The notes beneath the pieces are model-generated. The model saw only the letters and a program-made list of their open reading frames with translations. It made no database searches and was not told where the DNA came from. The position numbers and the translations under genes were made by a program. A DNA stretch of 53,544 bases, counting the filler, from Sphacelaria rigidula (Eukaryota), in the NCBI GenBank assembly GCA_964200075.2. It is 5 parts of 5 records of this genome, joined end to end, with 100 filler letters (N's around TTAATTAATTAA, not from the genome) between each part and the next. Parts side by side here need not be neighbours in the genome. Positions count along the whole stretch, not along the records: positions 42,918 to 53,544 come from CAXNAA020006174.1; 4 more parts are not named here. One strand, given 5' to 3'. Shown piece by piece: positions 51,631 to 53,544 of this stretch. The number at the start of each line of letters is the position of its first letter. Position 1 is the first letter of the stretch.

Positions 51631-52479
51631 GAGACCCCACCCCCCCCCCCCACTCCCCCCAAGTACAGCAGCGGGGCAAGAAGATGGAAGATACGATCGT
51701 GGGACGCCTGGATGATTTACCATGAAAATCGCCTGGTACAGACGTGGTGTACCTGTGTCAAAGATGTTGAACTTGATTTCAGGCTACGAGCCCATGACGC
51801 AGGCATTATTTAGTGTCCGTGAGCCAGCGAAAGAACTGAAAGGAACGAGACCCCCAACGAGAACTAGCATTGGGATGTCCCCGTACGCGGAAGGTATCCC
51901 ACCAAGACAATTAAAACGAACAAGCTGGAGATTCTTTCGAAGAAGATCGGGAGAAAGACGGTAAAGAAGGGCGGATGGAGGAGTAGAGAGTGGAATGGTC
52001 AAGTACTAGTAGTGCTGGTATTCGGAGTCCGTAGCTACATGACGAGAATGGAGTGCAGAAGGAAATGCGATGGAGTTGGATCATTCTGGTTGGCGATAGG
52101 AAAAGTAGAAAAGAGGGGAGAGCACTTCCGAGCCACACTAGAACAGAGCGCGAGCAAGGAGTGGGAAATGATGGAAACAAGTAAGGTATCGACATGGGTT
52201 AGAAGGATAGGATGGAGAGTATGCATTGCTAGCCAAATAACAAACCTGAAACGTAGTGCATGGGCAAACAGAGGGAAAGAGAGGCAGGAACAGGTACATT
52301 CCGGGAAGGGAAAGTGGAGGAGACGCAGCGGTCCGAAGCAACTAGACGAAGACCAAACCGGCAAGGTGCAGAACAATCAAGCAAGGGAAAGTAGAAGCAA
52401 GAGACTCGAAAAGAGGACGGGTGACAACAAGAGAGCAGATAATGATTCGGAGAGGAAGTTGAGCATAGGATCGTGCAGC

Positions 52480-53544
52480 GTCTGTGGCTTCGCCACAGAC
52501 GAGCACAAAAGAAGAGAGAGGGTCGAACAAGCAAGGGAGCACGACCTAGATAGAGTTGGAATTAAAGGGTCATGAGAGGAAGAGGGGGCGGAAATAGCAC
52601 GCAAGGTTAAAGAGTACGCATGGATAGGGAAGAAGCGGAAGGGGCAGAAGCCCAAGAGTAGGGGAACGGGAGGAGTAGGATTCTTGGTCAAGGCATAAGT
52701 GTGTGGCATTATCGAAATGATCGATGACACGAAATTCGACAAGAGCATACGGATAAGAGTGCCAGGCGAGCGGGGGACGAAGGACTTCTTCGTAGGAAAC
52801 ATCTAAATGCCCCCAGAATCGAAGAGTACGGTGGACGATATCGAGCGTAGGTTTGGAGAGATGGCAGATGTACATGCGTGTCACAGGCAAGGAGAAGTAA
52901 TGTTAGTGGGAGATTTTGATGCATGGGTAAGAAAAGCAGGTCAACCGGATGATATCAGTGGGCAACACGGGGAAGATAAGAACGCAACTGGGTTATAAAT
53001 GCTGAAGTTCCTTGAGCATAACGAGATGAAGACGCCGAACAAAAGAGTACCAAAGCCAGAGGCGCAATGGACATGGACGAGGAGATGCAAAGGAAAAAAA
53101 AAGAAGCACTTCGTCCTTGACTAAATGGAGCATGAGAATGGTGAAGAAATGGAAGTACATGTATGCGCGGAGGACGTGGGAACCACAGATCATCGCCTAA
53201 TATGGACATAAAGCCAACAGACGGGAGCTAAAAGAAATAGGCGGGGTAGGAAGTTGTACAAATGGAGAATCGATAAACTAGATGTGAAAGAGACACGGCA
53301 AGAGTTCCAAGAAGAGATGGCCAAAAATGCAGTGAAATTTCGAAACTGTTGGAACGCGCAGGTACGGTTGATACCGAAATGCAAAGAAATCGGGCTGGAG
53401 CGAAGATTGTAGGAGGATGGGAGTAGCTGGTTAAGAACACAGCGAGTAAAGTCATGGAGAAAAAACTGATCGTATGCAACAGAGCAGGGAAATAGTGGGA
53501 TGAGGAAGTGAAAGGGGCTATCAGAGTAAGGAGAGAGGCCAACG
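52480..53544 (+). pseudogene. LINE apurinic-like endonuclease (EEP) domain pseudogene, truncated by the window end
   Basis: Interrupted frames give YAWIGKKRK..GGVGFLVK, FFVGNI*MPPES, EVMLVGDFDAWV, NATGL*MLKFL, WTWTR and TTDHRLIW. These match APE motifs GGVG, GDFN and SDH. Stops and frameshifts are present. The purine-rich upstream segment (about 51700-52480) is probably the 5'/ORF1 part. Confidence 0.85.

Overview
Eukaryotic, intron-rich and repeat-rich DNA, probably from a brown alga or another photosynthetic stramenopile (inferred from gene architecture and a candidate bipartite plastid presequence). The window is not one locus. Five contigs (1-10632, 10733-21361, 21462-32089, 32190-42817, 42918-53544; lengths 10632, 10629, 10628, 10628, 10627) are joined by artificial 100-nt N44-TTAATTAATTAA-N44 linkers, so adjacency across linkers has no meaning. 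Contig 1 holds seven internal exons of a bacterial/organellar-type asparaginyl-tRNA synthetase. Contig 2 holds the last two exons of a TRAP1/Hsp90-family chaperone (minus strand), a decayed RTE-like LINE reverse transcriptase, and the probable first exon of a plastid-targeted protein. Contig 3 holds seven frame-consistent exons of a large uncharacterised WD40-like, low-complexity protein, with one probable GC-AG intron. Contig 4 holds three pyruvate carboxylase exons and one clean orphan exon on the opposite strand. Contig 5 is mostly transposon debris, including a LINE endonuclease pseudogene. Two tRNA-derived SINE families and several MITE families recur across contigs. I could not demonstrate a new biological system. 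The best leads are the antisense orphan exon interleaved with pyruvate carboxylase, the unknown WD40-like gene, the candidate micro-exon plastid gene and a 63-bp minimal palindromic element.
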